The notes: generated by a model not told the origin, from the letters alone. A stretch of DNA of 64,000 nucleotides from Planctomycetota bacterium (GCA_031409275.1 JANNXA010000033.1:96001-160000), one strand, 5' to 3'; counted from the stretch's first letter, positions 47,896 to 57,899 are shown. Translations and numbers: made by a program.

Positions 47896-48450
47896 ATGCT
47901 CGACGCCGTCACGATTTTTTGCGGCTCTCGCGTCGGAAGTGACCCGCGCTATGCCGCGGCGGCGCGGGAGCTCGGACGGGCACTCGCGCGACGCGGCACC
48001 ACCCTCGTCTGGGGGGCGGGCCGGGTCGGGTTGATGGGCGAGGTGGCCGACGCCGCTCTCGCCGAAGGCGGGCGCGTCCACGGCGTGATCCCGACCTTCC
48101 TGCGAACCGAGGAACTCGTGCACCCGCGGCTTGGGCCGACCGAACTCACCGTCACGGAGACGTTGTTCGAGCGCAAGCGCCAGCTGATCGAGCGCGCCCA
48201 GGCATTCGTGGTGCTTCCCGGGGGGCTGGGGACGCTCGACGAACTGTTCGAGGTGATGACGTTGCGACAGCTCGGCCGTGGCGCTGGACGCTGCGGAGTG
48301 CTGAACGTGGCCGGCTTCTTCGATCCGCTGCTCGCGCACCTGTCCCACACGGTCGCCGCCGGCTTCGTCGACGCGCGCCATCTCAGCGACCTCGTCGTCG
48401 AACGCGAGGTGGAGCCGCTGCTCCGCGCGTTGGAATCCGCGACGAGCTGA
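47896..48450 (+). CDS. LOG-family (TIGR00730) nucleotide phosphoribohydrolase
   Basis: IFCGS, GAGRVGLMG, RK, PGGLGTLDELFE, LNVAGFFDPL. Confidence 0.92.
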   Translation: MLDAVTIFCGSRVGSDPRYAAAARELGRALARRGTTLVWGAGRVGLMGEVADAALAEGGRVHGVIPTFLRTEELVHPRLGPTELTVTETLFERKRQLIERAQAFVVLPGGLGTLDELFEVMTLRQLGRGAGRCGVLNVAGFFDPLLAHLSHTVAAGFVDARHLSDLVVEREVEPLLRALESATS

Positions 48451-48533
48451 GGGCCAAAACGAACAGGCTGGCACGCTTGCGCGCACCAGCCCGTCCGAGG
48501 ATTACGTCGAGTCAGCTTTCGCTGCAGTCGATC

Positions 48534-48980
48534 TCAGTAGCGATCGCCGCCACGGCCACCGCCGCCGCCGCCGCCGCCGAAGCCGCCACGGCTTCCGCCG
48601 CCGCCGCCGAAGCCGCCGCGACCGCCGCCGCCGCCGCCGCCGCCGTAACCACCACCGCCGCCGCCGCCGCCGAAGCCGCCGCCGCTGCCACCGCTACCGC
48701 CGGTGCGCGGACGGAAGCCACCCGGACGCTCTTCGCGCGGCTTGGCCTCGTTGACCGTCAAAGGACGGCCATTCATCTTCTGGCCGTTCAGCGCCGCGAT
48801 CGCGGCCTTGGCCTCATCGTCCGTGCCCATTTCCACGAAACCAAAGCCCTTCGAGCGGCCGGTCTCGCGGTCCATGATCACGTCCGCGCTCTTCACACCG
48901 CCGTGAGCCGAGAACATGTCGTTCAGCTCCTGGCTGGTGGTGGAGTACGGCAGATTGCCGACATACAACTTCGTGCCCAT
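48534..48980 (-). CDS. RRM RNA-binding protein with Gly/Arg-rich tail
   Basis: RNP2 KLYVGNL, RNP1 KGFGFVEM, VNEAKPRE, poly-Gly RGG tail, GGAG RBS. Confidence 0.95.
   Translation of the reverse strand: MGTKLYVGNLPYSTTSQELNDMFSAHGGVKSADVIMDRETGRSKGFGFVEMGTDDEAKAAIAALNGQKMNGRPLTVNEAKPREERPGGFRPRTGGSGGSGGGFGGGGGGGGYGGGGGGGGRGGFGGGGGSRGGFGGGGGGGGRGGDRY
48559..48700. repeat. (GCC)n microsatellite-like tract encoding the poly-Gly tail
   Basis: Long runs of GCC on the + strand. Confidence 0.85.
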
Positions 48981-49507
48981 TCTCAATCTCCGGTCAACGG
49001 ACAGCAGCGCGGGCTGGGCAGCCAGCTCTGCAATTCCTGGCGGCCACTCTTGTGGCCATTCATTCAAGAAACCCAACGGGCAATCGGATGAGACCGCACG
49101 AGGGCAGATTGCTCTGCCATCGACTCATCGCGAGGCGTTCCGACGGAACGAAGCCGCGCGTTCACGGGGAAGGACGACATCTGGGGCGCGTGGTGACACT
49201 CGCGGCGACGAAGAACCCGTCGCGCGCACCCCACCCTGTCCAAGACGAAATCGGTCGACCGCAATCGCAAGACCTTGAAACCGTCAGGCACCAGCCCGAC
49301 GCCGGGGGACGATAGCAGCGTGTTCTCTTGCAGGGGAAGGGGGAAAATCGCGCGCGCTTCGTGAATGGCGCCATTCGAACGGGCGTCCGCGGCCATTCGC
49401 GGGTCCTCCCGCTCGCAGTGCCGCGACCCGTGGAACGGAACGCGCCTCGGGTCGCGGAGGCGACCGATCGAAGGCGGCCTTGGTCCCCGATCGAGACTTC
49501 AGAACAT

Positions 49508-49540
49508 GACATAAGTACTTATTCAAAATGTACTTATGTC
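49508..49540. promoter_or_regulatory. AT-rich palindrome, candidate protein-binding site
   Basis: GACATAAGTAC-N11-GTACTTATGTC perfect inverted repeat in a ~620-bp intergenic region. Confidence 0.55.
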
Positions 49541-49600
49541 GATTCTTGAGGACCCGAAAGACGGCGGCGAGCGCTTCCTTTTCGCGCCGGTCGACGGCCG

Positions 49601-51763
49601 TCAGGTCGCCTCGCCGGCCGTTCGTTTCGCCGCCGTCAGGGTCTCTTTTCGCTTCGCGCGTGCCTCGAGCGCCAGCCAGAGTCCGGCCAAGACGACCAGC
49701 GATTCGACACCGTAGGTCGTCCACAGCCAGAAGCTCACGCCGTCGGTTTCACCGTACGCATGCAACCCGACCCCGAGCTGATTCACGTGCCACCAAGAGA
49801 AGGTGACGATCGTCGTGCCGAAGACCGCCGCGGTGCAGATCCCCAGATCGCGTAGGTAGCCACCCATGCGTCCGTGCAGGATCGCGAGCTCCCAAAGGCA
49901 GATCATGAGCGCGCCGTTCTCCTTCGGGTCCCAGCCCCAGAAACGGCCCCATGAGTCGTTGGCCCAGACGCCGCCGAGGATCGTGCCGACCACGCTGAAC
50001 AGCAGTCCGAAGCAGATCACTCCGTAGGTCATGCGCGCGACCGAGCGATAGAAATCGGGGTCGCCACGGCGCAGCCCGAACAGCTTGCCGAGGATGTAGA
50101 CGTGCGCGAGCAGGCCGGCCAGCAGCCCGGCTGCGTAGCCGATCGTGACGCTCGTGACGTGGGTCGACAGCCAGAAGTTGGTGTCGAGCACCGCGACGAG
50201 CTGCGGCATGGTGTCGATGCCGCGATCGAACGCTTCCTTCACCTCGTAGCGCTGCGTGAGGAAGAGTCCGGCCGCGCCGAGCAGGGCCGCGAAGACCACC
50301 GCGACGCGGCGCCGATCGATCAGCTCGATGATCAGCGCCACCAGCACGACGGCAGCGGTGATGAACGGGATCGTCTCGTAGAGCGTGGAGACCGGCGGAC
50401 GGGCGCGCAGGTAGCCGCGCCAGACGATGGCGGCGACGTGCAGCGCAAACGGCGCGAAGAGCAGCCACGGCAGCGCGCGATTCAGCTTGTGGTCGGCGCG
50501 CAGGAGCCAGCCCACCGCCACCAGCACGAAGCACAGCACGTAGAGCACGAGCGCGCGGAAGAAGAGGTCGGCCTTGTAGTAGCCGATCTCGCTGTCGATC
50601 TTCGCGTACTGCTCGCGGCCAGTCGCGGTCGCCACCAGCGAGCCACGTACTCGCTGCATCGCCGCCTTCATGCGCGGCGGGTCGTTGCGCGCGTCGAACG
50701 CGTCCTCCCAACCGACGATCACCGGCAGATGGAGCGCGAGGAGCGCGGCGTCGCCCTTCGCGACGCGCTGCTCGATCTCGCCCAGCGTGAGCCACGACTC
50801 CTCGTCGCTGCCGCCGGGTCGGATCTGTGCCGGGCCGGAGTTGTACATGGTCGTCTTGACCATCGGCGCCGGCTTGGCGTCGGGCGGGTAGAGAGTCAGG
50901 ACGCTCGCGAAGTCGGCCATCTGCTGTGCGGTCTGGAGCAATCGATCGATGGCGATGCGCGTGGTGTCGTCACCGGCCGATGCCTGGCGTGACGCAAGTT
51001 CGCTCGAGTGCTGCAGCAGCAGCGAGAAGCGGGTGCTTGATTCGTTCCCGAGCAGATCGCCGAGCGAGGCCTCCTTCGGGAGCTCGAGGAACTCGCGCTG
51101 CGCGAAGACCAATGAGCCCAGCAGCCCCTCGTACTGGTTCACCTTCGTCGCGAGCTGGATCAACTGCTCTTCGAGGTAGCTGCGCCCCTTGGCCTCGCGC
51201 TTCACCGGATCGTTCATGAGTGCGCCCGCGCGCGCGAAGAGCTGCGGGCGACCCGGCGACAACTCGAGGTAGCTGTAGCGATCGCGCTTCTTGCGGCCGC
51301 CGATGCGCTCGACGCCGATGGCATCGAGGAGCTCCCACGTCTGCAGCTGGAAGCACGGGTAGTGGCGCGACGCTTCGGGGAAGAACATGCAGTCGAGCAG
51401 CCACTCGCTCGGCGTCAGCTTGTTCTCGATGTCGTCGTTCTTGTCGTCGGGCGTGCCGCGGTCGTCGATCCAGGTCAACGTGCGCGAACCGTTCAGTTGC
51501 AGGAGCTTGAAGCCCGCGAACGTGGAGAGCGGCTTCACGCGTCCCTGCTCGAGGATCGGGATCTGGGCGAAGAGCTCGACGATCTGTGGATCCCATGGAG
51601 CGGCGCGGCGGACTTCGTGCGGCTCGGCCGCGTGGTCGTGGCCCGCGTGGTCGTCGGGCGCCACGGCCGGTGACTGCGCGATCGCGCCACCGGTCGTCGC
51701 CACGCACGCCAGCGCCAGCGCGGCCAGGCGCGTCCACAGCTTCCGGACGATCGAGAGTGTCAT
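49601..51763 (-). CDS. ccsA: Cytochrome c biogenesis protein CcsA (System II) with large N-terminal soluble domain
   Basis: RPPVSTLYE, LDTNFWLSTHV, WWD motif GGVWANDSWGRFWGWDPKEN, GLHAYG. Confidence 0.93.
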   Translation of the reverse strand: MTLSIVRKLWTRLAALALACVATTGGAIAQSPAVAPDDHAGHDHAAEPHEVRRAAPWDPQIVELFAQIPILEQGRVKPLSTFAGFKLLQLNGSRTLTWIDDRGTPDDKNDDIENKLTPSEWLLDCMFFPEASRHYPCFQLQTWELLDAIGVERIGGRKKRDRYSYLELSPGRPQLFARAGALMNDPVKREAKGRSYLEEQLIQLATKVNQYEGLLGSLVFAQREFLELPKEASLGDLLGNESSTRFSLLLQHSSELASRQASAGDDTTRIAIDRLLQTAQQMADFASVLTLYPPDAKPAPMVKTTMYNSGPAQIRPGGSDEESWLTLGEIEQRVAKGDAALLALHLPVIVGWEDAFDARNDPPRMKAAMQRVRGSLVATATGREQYAKIDSEIGYYKADLFFRALVLYVLCFVLVAVGWLLRADHKLNRALPWLLFAPFALHVAAIVWRGYLRARPPVSTLYETIPFITAAVVLVALIIELIDRRRVAVVFAALLGAAGLFLTQRYEVKEAFDRGIDTMPQLVAVLDTNFWLSTHVTSVTIGYAAGLLAGLLAHVYILGKLFGLRRGDPDFYRSVARMTYGVICFGLLFSVVGTILGGVWANDSWGRFWGWDPKENGALMICLWELAILHGRMGGYLRDLGICTAAVFGTTIVTFSWWHVNQLGVGLHAYGETDGVSFWLWTTYGVESLVVLAGLWLALEARAKRKETLTAAKRTAGEAT

Positions 51764-51776
51764 GACGAACTCCGGT

Positions 51777-53018
51777 TCACGATTGCGCGGCGGGCGTCGT
51801 CGCCGGCCGTCGGGTCGATCGGATGAAGCGCTTCAATCGCAGCGAGAAGTGCAGGAGCAGGCCGATGGCGATGACGTAGCACGACCACTTCGGCCACTGG
51901 TCGGAGGGGTTCTCGACCACGGTGAAGACCGAATAGAGCGGCTGGTTCACGTTGCCGTCCTGCGGGCCCCAGCTGGTCTGGAACAGCGTGTAGCCCTTCT
52001 CGCGCAGCGGCTCGTTCATGGTGATCTTGAGCGCCGTCTCCTGGCTGCCGTCGAACTTCGTGACGTTGCTCCAGTAGGTGCGCGCCATGCCCGTGCCCGG
52101 ATGGAACTCGACGATGAACTTGTCGAGGCGCACGTCGAACGGCAGCTCGTAGCGCCGCTTGCCCAGATCGATGAGCCAGCGCTTGCCGCCGGCCTCGGCG
52201 GTCAGCGGCTGCCGCTGCGCGCCCCAGAGGATCGCGTCGACGTGCCGTCCCGAGGACTTCTCGACCACGGTGATGTAGGCGCCCGGCTGGTTGAACTCCG
52301 CCTCGACTTGCGGCTCGGCCGCCAGCACGACGTAGCCATCGATCACCGGCCCATCGCCCTTGAACATCGGCCCCTGCGGCACGACGCGGCAGTTGCGGAA
52401 GACCTTCGTGACCAGGAGGTCGAAAGGCAGATCGTCCGCCGTGAAGCGGTGCGTCGAGCCCGCCTCGAGGTTGCGCCACTCTTCAGCGGCGATCACATGC
52501 TCGCGAACGCGGCCGGATGCACCGGCGTCGCGCAGCGTGATGTCCCAATCGTGGAAGCTGAAGTACTCGCGGCTCTTCTCCTGCGGGAAGACCATCAACG
52601 AGCCTTCGTGCGACCAGCGGAACTTGACGAATCCCGCCGCCAGCATCAGCAGGATGCCGACGTGCGTGATCATGATCCCGGCGCGGGAGCGATCCTTGCG
52701 CAGCCGGATCATCCCGCCGAGCACGAGGTTCACCGTCAGCAGCGCCATCAGCAGATAGACGCCGGGCAACGGCACCGGGATCTCGGGAATCGTCGCCAGC
52801 GGTGCCGAGGTGACTTCCGCCCACGGCAGCCGCAGCACGAACGGCCCGGCATGGTGGATGAGGAACAGCGACTCGAAGTACTTCTTCTGCGTCTCGAAGA
52901 GGCCGAACTCCACCTGCTCCAACGTGCCAAGCCACGTCAGCAGCAGCAGCAAGACCAGCAGCACCGCGGCCAGGCCGAACGAGGAAAACAGCGCGAAGAG
53001 CTTCTTCATCAGTCCCAT
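51777..53018 (-). CDS. ResB/CcsB-like cytochrome c biogenesis protein
   Basis: LGTLEQ, ITHVGILL (TM His), LPFDVRLDKF, ITMNEPLREKGYTLFQTSW. Lies directly upstream of ccsA. Confidence 0.88.
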   Translation of the reverse strand: MGLMKKLFALFSSFGLAAVLLVLLLLLTWLGTLEQVEFGLFETQKKYFESLFLIHHAGPFVLRLPWAEVTSAPLATIPEIPVPLPGVYLLMALLTVNLVLGGMIRLRKDRSRAGIMITHVGILLMLAAGFVKFRWSHEGSLMVFPQEKSREYFSFHDWDITLRDAGASGRVREHVIAAEEWRNLEAGSTHRFTADDLPFDLLVTKVFRNCRVVPQGPMFKGDGPVIDGYVVLAAEPQVEAEFNQPGAYITVVEKSSGRHVDAILWGAQRQPLTAEAGGKRWLIDLGKRRYELPFDVRLDKFIVEFHPGTGMARTYWSNVTKFDGSQETALKITMNEPLREKGYTLFQTSWGPQDGNVNQPLYSVFTVVENPSDQWPKWSCYVIAIGLLLHFSLRLKRFIRSTRRPATTPAAQS

Positions 53019-53028
53019 GCGTGGTCAT

Positions 53029-54234
53029 TCACTCCGACAGCGAAGCGCAGAGTTCGCGGAAGCCGGTCCGAACGCTCTCGTCGACCTCAGCCTCAGGCCC
53101 GGTCAGCTTGACGAAGAGCGCGCGCCCCTCGAGCAGCGCGATCGCGCCGAGCATGCGCGCCTGCGGGATCTTGCGCGCGTTCATCGAATCCTCGAAGGAC
53201 CCGACCACGTCGATCAGCACCGCGTCGCGCCCCGCGAGCGTCGTGTGCGGTAGCGCCGCGAACTCTGCCGCCGTCATCGGCCCAAGCCCGATCTGTCCGC
53301 GCCAGCGATCGGCGTTGCCGCTCAGCCCGCCGCCGTCGCCACCGAGGACCGAGACGGCGCATTCCGTTTCCTTGGTGCCCGCCGGCTTCAGCGTTACGAC
53401 GCGCGTGGCGCGTTCGCGATCGGCGGTCCAGCCGATCGGGCCGGTGAAGCGAATGTTCTGATTGGTGCCGCTCACCCGACCATCGGGACCGGCGGCGGGT
53501 CCGGGAGTCGGCGCTGAGTCGCCCGCCGCTGGATCGCCGGTCGCCGCTCCGGCGCCACCGCTTGGCGTCGCGGCACCCGAGTCGCTGCGCGCGGAGGGGG
53601 CGCCCGCGGGCACCAGCTTCAGCGAAGCGACGAAGCGATCGAAGTTGGCCGCTTCGGCGGTGACGACGGCCTCGGGTCCGGTCATCTTCACGAAGATCGA
53701 CTGGTCGCCGAACGCCGTCAGCAGGCCGATCAGCCGATAGTCGGGCTTGCCCGGCGCGTCGCCCATCCCTGCGAAGGCGCCGCTCAGGTCGACGCGCACC
53801 GCATCGAGGCCGAGCAACGCCTGCTTGGGCAACTGCGCAACCGCCGCCGCATCGATCGGTGGCAGCGTCATCTGTTTGCGCCAGCGGTTGACGTTGTCGA
53901 CCATCCCGCCCGCGCCGCCGGGAAGCAGGCTCAGGTAGCACTCCGCGTCGGGGTTCCCGGCCGGCTTCAGGTTCGCCGTGCGCATCGCATTCGGCGGCAA
54001 CTCAGTCCAGCCCGGCGGGTTGTCCCACACCAGTTCCGGGGCCGGCGCCTTCTGGCTGCCGGCGCCCGGCGCGCCGCTCATCGTTCCGAACCGTTCCGCA
54101 CTCGTCGCCCCGACCCGTTCGCGATTCGGGACGACGTCGACTTCGCGCGTGCCAGTGATCGGTCGCGGGCCGCTCGCGTCGCCGCTGCACGCGGCCAGGA
54201 GCAGGAGGAGCGGGGCTAGCGGGGTAGCTCGCAT
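53029..54234 (-). CDS. Lipoprotein with two homologous domains, first gene of the ccs operon
   Basis: Lipobox LAAC. Internal duplication P.GW...GG...N..RWR.Q..L.P...FVK.TGP. Confidence 0.8.
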   Translation of the reverse strand: MRATPLAPLLLLLAACSGDASGPRPITGTREVDVVPNRERVGATSAERFGTMSGAPGAGSQKAPAPELVWDNPPGWTELPPNAMRTANLKPAGNPDAECYLSLLPGGAGGMVDNVNRWRKQMTLPPIDAAAVAQLPKQALLGLDAVRVDLSGAFAGMGDAPGKPDYRLIGLLTAFGDQSIFVKMTGPEAVVTAEAANFDRFVASLKLVPAGAPSARSDSGAATPSGGAGAATGDPAAGDSAPTPGPAAGPDGRVSGTNQNIRFTGPIGWTADRERATRVVTLKPAGTKETECAVSVLGGDGGGLSGNADRWRGQIGLGPMTAAEFAALPHTTLAGRDAVLIDVVGSFEDSMNARKIPQARMLGAIALLEGRALFVKLTGPEAEVDESVRTGFRELCASLSE

Positions 54235-54437
54235 CGCTGCGAAATCTCGCGGAGAGGGGGGGACGAAACGCAGGTCACGAAGCGGCGCCGACGCAACGAT
54301 TGCCGGGGTGCCGCCCATGCAACGGTGTCGGCCGCGGAGCGGTCGCAGAGTACGGCCGTTTCCAAGTGAACGCGAAGCGAATGACGGACCGCGCCCCGGG
54401 GAAGGTGCGGGTCGCACCCGCGGCCGGCGGCTCGCCG

Positions 54438-57400
54438 CTACTTGCGCAGCTGCAGCTCGACTTCGCCAAGCCCGATCGCGCTCTTTGCCGCCGGCAGGTC
54501 GCTTACGTCCAGCATCCGCACGTCGAGGCGCCGCACGACCGTCACCCTCGGCAGACGGATCACGCCCTTGCGTCCATCCGCCGGGAGCAGCACCTCGAAC
54601 GTTCCGCTCTTGCCGCGATCGAGCGCCACTTCGACCCGCCGAACTCGCCATCCCTGGCGATCGGCCTCGAAGCCGCGCTGCTGGATCGGCGTGATCCAGA
54701 CGGTGTCGGCGCGCGTCGGCTTCTTGAGCTCGATGGAGAGCGTCGGGCGGCGATCGCCGTCGGCCGACAACCAGCCGCGCGACGTGAGGTTGTCGACGGC
54801 GAATGCCGGAGCGAAGTTGCCATCGAACTGGCTGGAGGCCGTCGCGGTGGCGTTGCCCGGGCCGAGCAGGTTGCGCCCCGGGTCGGCGGCGTAGCCGAGC
54901 AGTTCAGGGTCCTTCGCCATGCGAATCGGCACGCTCACCAATGGCGAACTGAACAGCATCTCGGCGGGCGACTGCGTCGGCGCGCCGCGCACCCGCACCA
55001 GCGCGCGGATCGGGTAGGTGCCATTGCGGTCGAAGTTCACTTGCGTGGCGAACCGCTCCGGACCGCTCGGTCGGGCGGGATCGCCAGCGACCGTCGCCAG
55101 GACGCGTTGATCGAGCAGCGCGAGGTCGACGCCCGCGAAGGTCGCCCCGCGCCGCACGTGGAGCGCCACCACGTTCTTGCCGGGGTGAAGAAGGGTGGCG
55201 AGCGGCGCTTCGGCGGGGACGGGCGAGTAGGGTGCGATCGGCGAGTTCGCCGAGAAGACGCGCGTCCCGTTCAACAGCACTTCGAGCGTCGCCACGGCGT
55301 CGGCGCCCGGCGGGAGCGCGTCGACGAGCGGGCGCACGACATTCGCATGCGCCGCGGTCGAGCGCGGGATCGCGTCGAAATCGGCCGGCGATCGCGCCAG
55401 GTAGATCGCGTCGAAGCCGGCGAGACCGCCGGCCATCGGCACCAGCGCCAATCCGGTCAGCGTCGTTGCGCCGCCGAACGCCGCGACGAGGTCGATCGTT
55501 TCGGCGCGCCACTCGCGCGGCGCGTCGTCATCGAGGGCGGTGCTGGGCCAATCGAGGTCGTTGGTGCCGGCATGACGGCGGACCGTCTGCGCACCCCAGC
55601 TGCCGTTGACGGCGAGCTGGATCATCACCCCGCCACCGCCCTCCTTGCGCCAGCTGAAGCGCAGGTAGCGGAACTCGCCGGGCCGCGGCTCGCTGGCGAT
55701 TGGGAAGTTCCAGCCCGGCAGCGCCGGGTGGTGGACCTGCTGCGGCTGCACGGCGAGCCAGAGGCGACCGTTGGCGGCGTTGCCGTCGCGGGTCGCCACG
55801 CTGCCGCCGGCGCTCGCTTCGGTGAGCTTCGCCGCGAAATCGGCCTCCTCGTCGAAGAGGCAGAGGAGCGGCGCCGTCGGCACGGCGGCCGGCAGCGCCG
55901 GCGCCGCAACGAAAAGCTGCGGATCGACGATCGGCGCTTCGTCGAGCGTGAACTCGCGCCGCAACCAGAACTCGGCGGCGGCGCTGCTCGTGCGCACGGC
56001 GATGCCGGTGGCCTGCGGATCACCGACGGCGCCGGTGACGCTCTTCCATTTGCCGTCGTCGAAGCCCGGCGTCGCCCACGCCCCGGACGGCTCGCTCTCG
56101 CTGAGTCGCCACGGTGTGGGCGCTTCGCGGCTGTCGCCGAAGAGCGCGCGGCCGGGGACGGTGTAGGTGACGTGGTCGACGTGCAGCCCCTGACCCGCTT
56201 CGCCGGGCCACTCGAAGAGCTTCGCCGCGCCGCCAAACGACGACACCCACAGCGTCAGCGGCGCGTCGCCCGATCCCCGCAGGCTGACATCGAACTGCGC
56301 ATCGTCACCACCCCACAGGTTCTCGGCGCGCACGGTGACGCCCGAAACCGCGGAGGTCGCGCGCGCAAGGAAGAGGAGCGCGAAGCAGGTCGTCGGTTGC
56401 GGACCGCCATCGCCGTCCCAGGAGCCCTCGGGCTTCTGCGTCTCGACGCCGATCCGCGCCCCCTCGCGATACCACGACTTGCCGGCCAGCTCCGCCACAT
56501 CACACAAACCGCCGACTCGCTCGACGCCGTAGAGCCAATACCACAACCAGCTGGCGCCGCTGCGCGGGTTGGAATCGGCCGCGAAGTTGCGATCGAGCCA
56601 GCTGACCCCCTTGCGCCAACCCGTCACGAACGCGGTCTTGCTGGCTCCCGTCTTCGCGAGCTGCTCGTCGACGATCTTGACGATGCAGGTGCCGCCCGCC
56701 GTCATGGAGCCCGTCGGCGGGCCACCCGGGTAGTAGCCGAAGCCTGCGCCTTCGTAGGCGCCGCTCGCCTTTTCCTGGTGTGTCAGCGTCGCGTCGCCGA
56801 GCTTGATCCACGCCTCGGGCGGGATCTTCACGCCGCGCTTCGCCGCGGCCCGCAGTCCGAGCGCCGCATACTGCCCATTCGACAAGTCGGGCGGCGCCGC
56901 CGCGGGATAGCTGTAGCCGCCGCCGCCCTGCTGCCACGACAGCAGTCGGCGCGCGGTCTCCTCGATGCGACCTTGCAGCGCCTCGTCCTGGAGCTCGGCC
57001 AGGAAGAGCAGCTCGAATCCCGCCGCGTAGACGCTGCTGGCCGGCTCGCACTGGATCCGCGTCGCGGCACGCTGCACGGCCGGGTGGTCGCGCTCGACAC
57101 CACACTTGAGCAACGTGTAGGCGGCGAGGCTGGTCATGCCGAACTTCACGTCCTCGGCGCGCGCCGCCCACAAACCGTCGAGCTCCTGCTGGTCGAGCAG
57201 CCAGCGCACACCGCGCGCGATTGCGGCCCCGACGCGTCCCTGCGCTTCGTTCACGGCGGTCAGGTCGCGGCGAGCGCGCAGCGGCCGCGGCGCCGTCGTG
57301 TAGGCGAGTCGCAACCGTCCGGGGATGTGCTGGCCACCGAGGTTGAAGTCGAGCCGCAGCTTGAGCTTCACGCCGGCGTCGAAGCCGAGGTCGTGCTGGG

Positions 57401-57899
57401 TTTCGAACACCGCCTCATGCGAAACCCCGGCTTGCGGCAAGATCGCCCAGCCGGTGGTCGGGGCGCCGTCGACGGCGGCGGCCACGTTGAACGCCGCCTG
57501 TTCGAAGTCGGCGCTTGGTCGTTCGAGCAGCACGGTCTTGAAGCCGTCGGAGTTCTTCGGCGCCTGCTCGACGACGAACTCGCTCAACACGAAGTTGCCG
57601 TTCGGCGCGAGCCCGGGTCCGCCGGAAGGGAATCCCGGATCGGCCAACGCCTCGATCCGCAGTCCGGTGATGCCGTTGGCGTCGACGAGGCACTCGAACG
57701 TGAGGCTCTCCGTCGCCGCTACCGCTCCGCCGACGCGGATCGCGCCGTCGCCCTCGAGCGTCAGCGTGGATCCATTCGCCGCGCTCATCCGCGCCGGTGT
57801 GAGGATCTGGAAGCGCGTCGTCTCCTGCGCCGCCGCGTGAGGCGCCAGCGCGATCGCGAGGAGAGCTGGAACGCACCGGACGACGTGGCGCCGACTCAT
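54438..57899 (-). CDS. Large secreted multidomain protein: beta-sandwich/discoidin-like modules plus prenyltransferase-type alpha/alpha toroid
   Basis: Signal peptide, GPGLAPNGNFVLSEF, WLLDQQELDGLW, DLSNGQYAALGL, TGSMTAGG, LYGVERVG, QKPEGSW, C-terminal ATASSQ...AVDN...GLGEVEL. ATGA overlap with the DUF1552 gene. Confidence 0.8.
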   Translation of the reverse strand: MSRRHVVRCVPALLAIALAPHAAAQETTRFQILTPARMSAANGSTLTLEGDGAIRVGGAVAATESLTFECLVDANGITGLRIEALADPGFPSGGPGLAPNGNFVLSEFVVEQAPKNSDGFKTVLLERPSADFEQAAFNVAAAVDGAPTTGWAILPQAGVSHEAVFETQHDLGFDAGVKLKLRLDFNLGGQHIPGRLRLAYTTAPRPLRARRDLTAVNEAQGRVGAAIARGVRWLLDQQELDGLWAARAEDVKFGMTSLAAYTLLKCGVERDHPAVQRAATRIQCEPASSVYAAGFELLFLAELQDEALQGRIEETARRLLSWQQGGGGYSYPAAAPPDLSNGQYAALGLRAAAKRGVKIPPEAWIKLGDATLTHQEKASGAYEGAGFGYYPGGPPTGSMTAGGTCIVKIVDEQLAKTGASKTAFVTGWRKGVSWLDRNFAADSNPRSGASWLWYWLYGVERVGGLCDVAELAGKSWYREGARIGVETQKPEGSWDGDGGPQPTTCFALLFLARATSAVSGVTVRAENLWGGDDAQFDVSLRGSGDAPLTLWVSSFGGAAKLFEWPGEAGQGLHVDHVTYTVPGRALFGDSREAPTPWRLSESEPSGAWATPGFDDGKWKSVTGAVGDPQATGIAVRTSSAAAEFWLRREFTLDEAPIVDPQLFVAAPALPAAVPTAPLLCLFDEEADFAAKLTEASAGGSVATRDGNAANGRLWLAVQPQQVHHPALPGWNFPIASEPRPGEFRYLRFSWRKEGGGGVMIQLAVNGSWGAQTVRRHAGTNDLDWPSTALDDDAPREWRAETIDLVAAFGGATTLTGLALVPMAGGLAGFDAIYLARSPADFDAIPRSTAAHANVVRPLVDALPPGADAVATLEVLLNGTRVFSANSPIAPYSPVPAEAPLATLLHPGKNVVALHVRRGATFAGVDLALLDQRVLATVAGDPARPSGPERFATQVNFDRNGTYPIRALVRVRGAPTQSPAEMLFSSPLVSVPIRMAKDPELLGYAADPGRNLLGPGNATATASSQFDGNFAPAFAVDNLTSRGWLSADGDRRPTLSIELKKPTRADTVWITPIQQRGFEADRQGWRVRRVEVALDRGKSGTFEVLLPADGRKGVIRLPRVTVVRRLDVRMLDVSDLPAAKSAIGLGEVELQLRK

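Noticed and set aside
44889..47942. 1017-aa + strand ORF (and similar shadows at 28962-31610 and 13599-15839)
   Set aside because: These lie antisense to well-supported genes and have no motifs.
48477..49091. Poly-Ala ORF on the + strand
   Set aside because: It is the reverse complement of the poly-Gly RRM tail.
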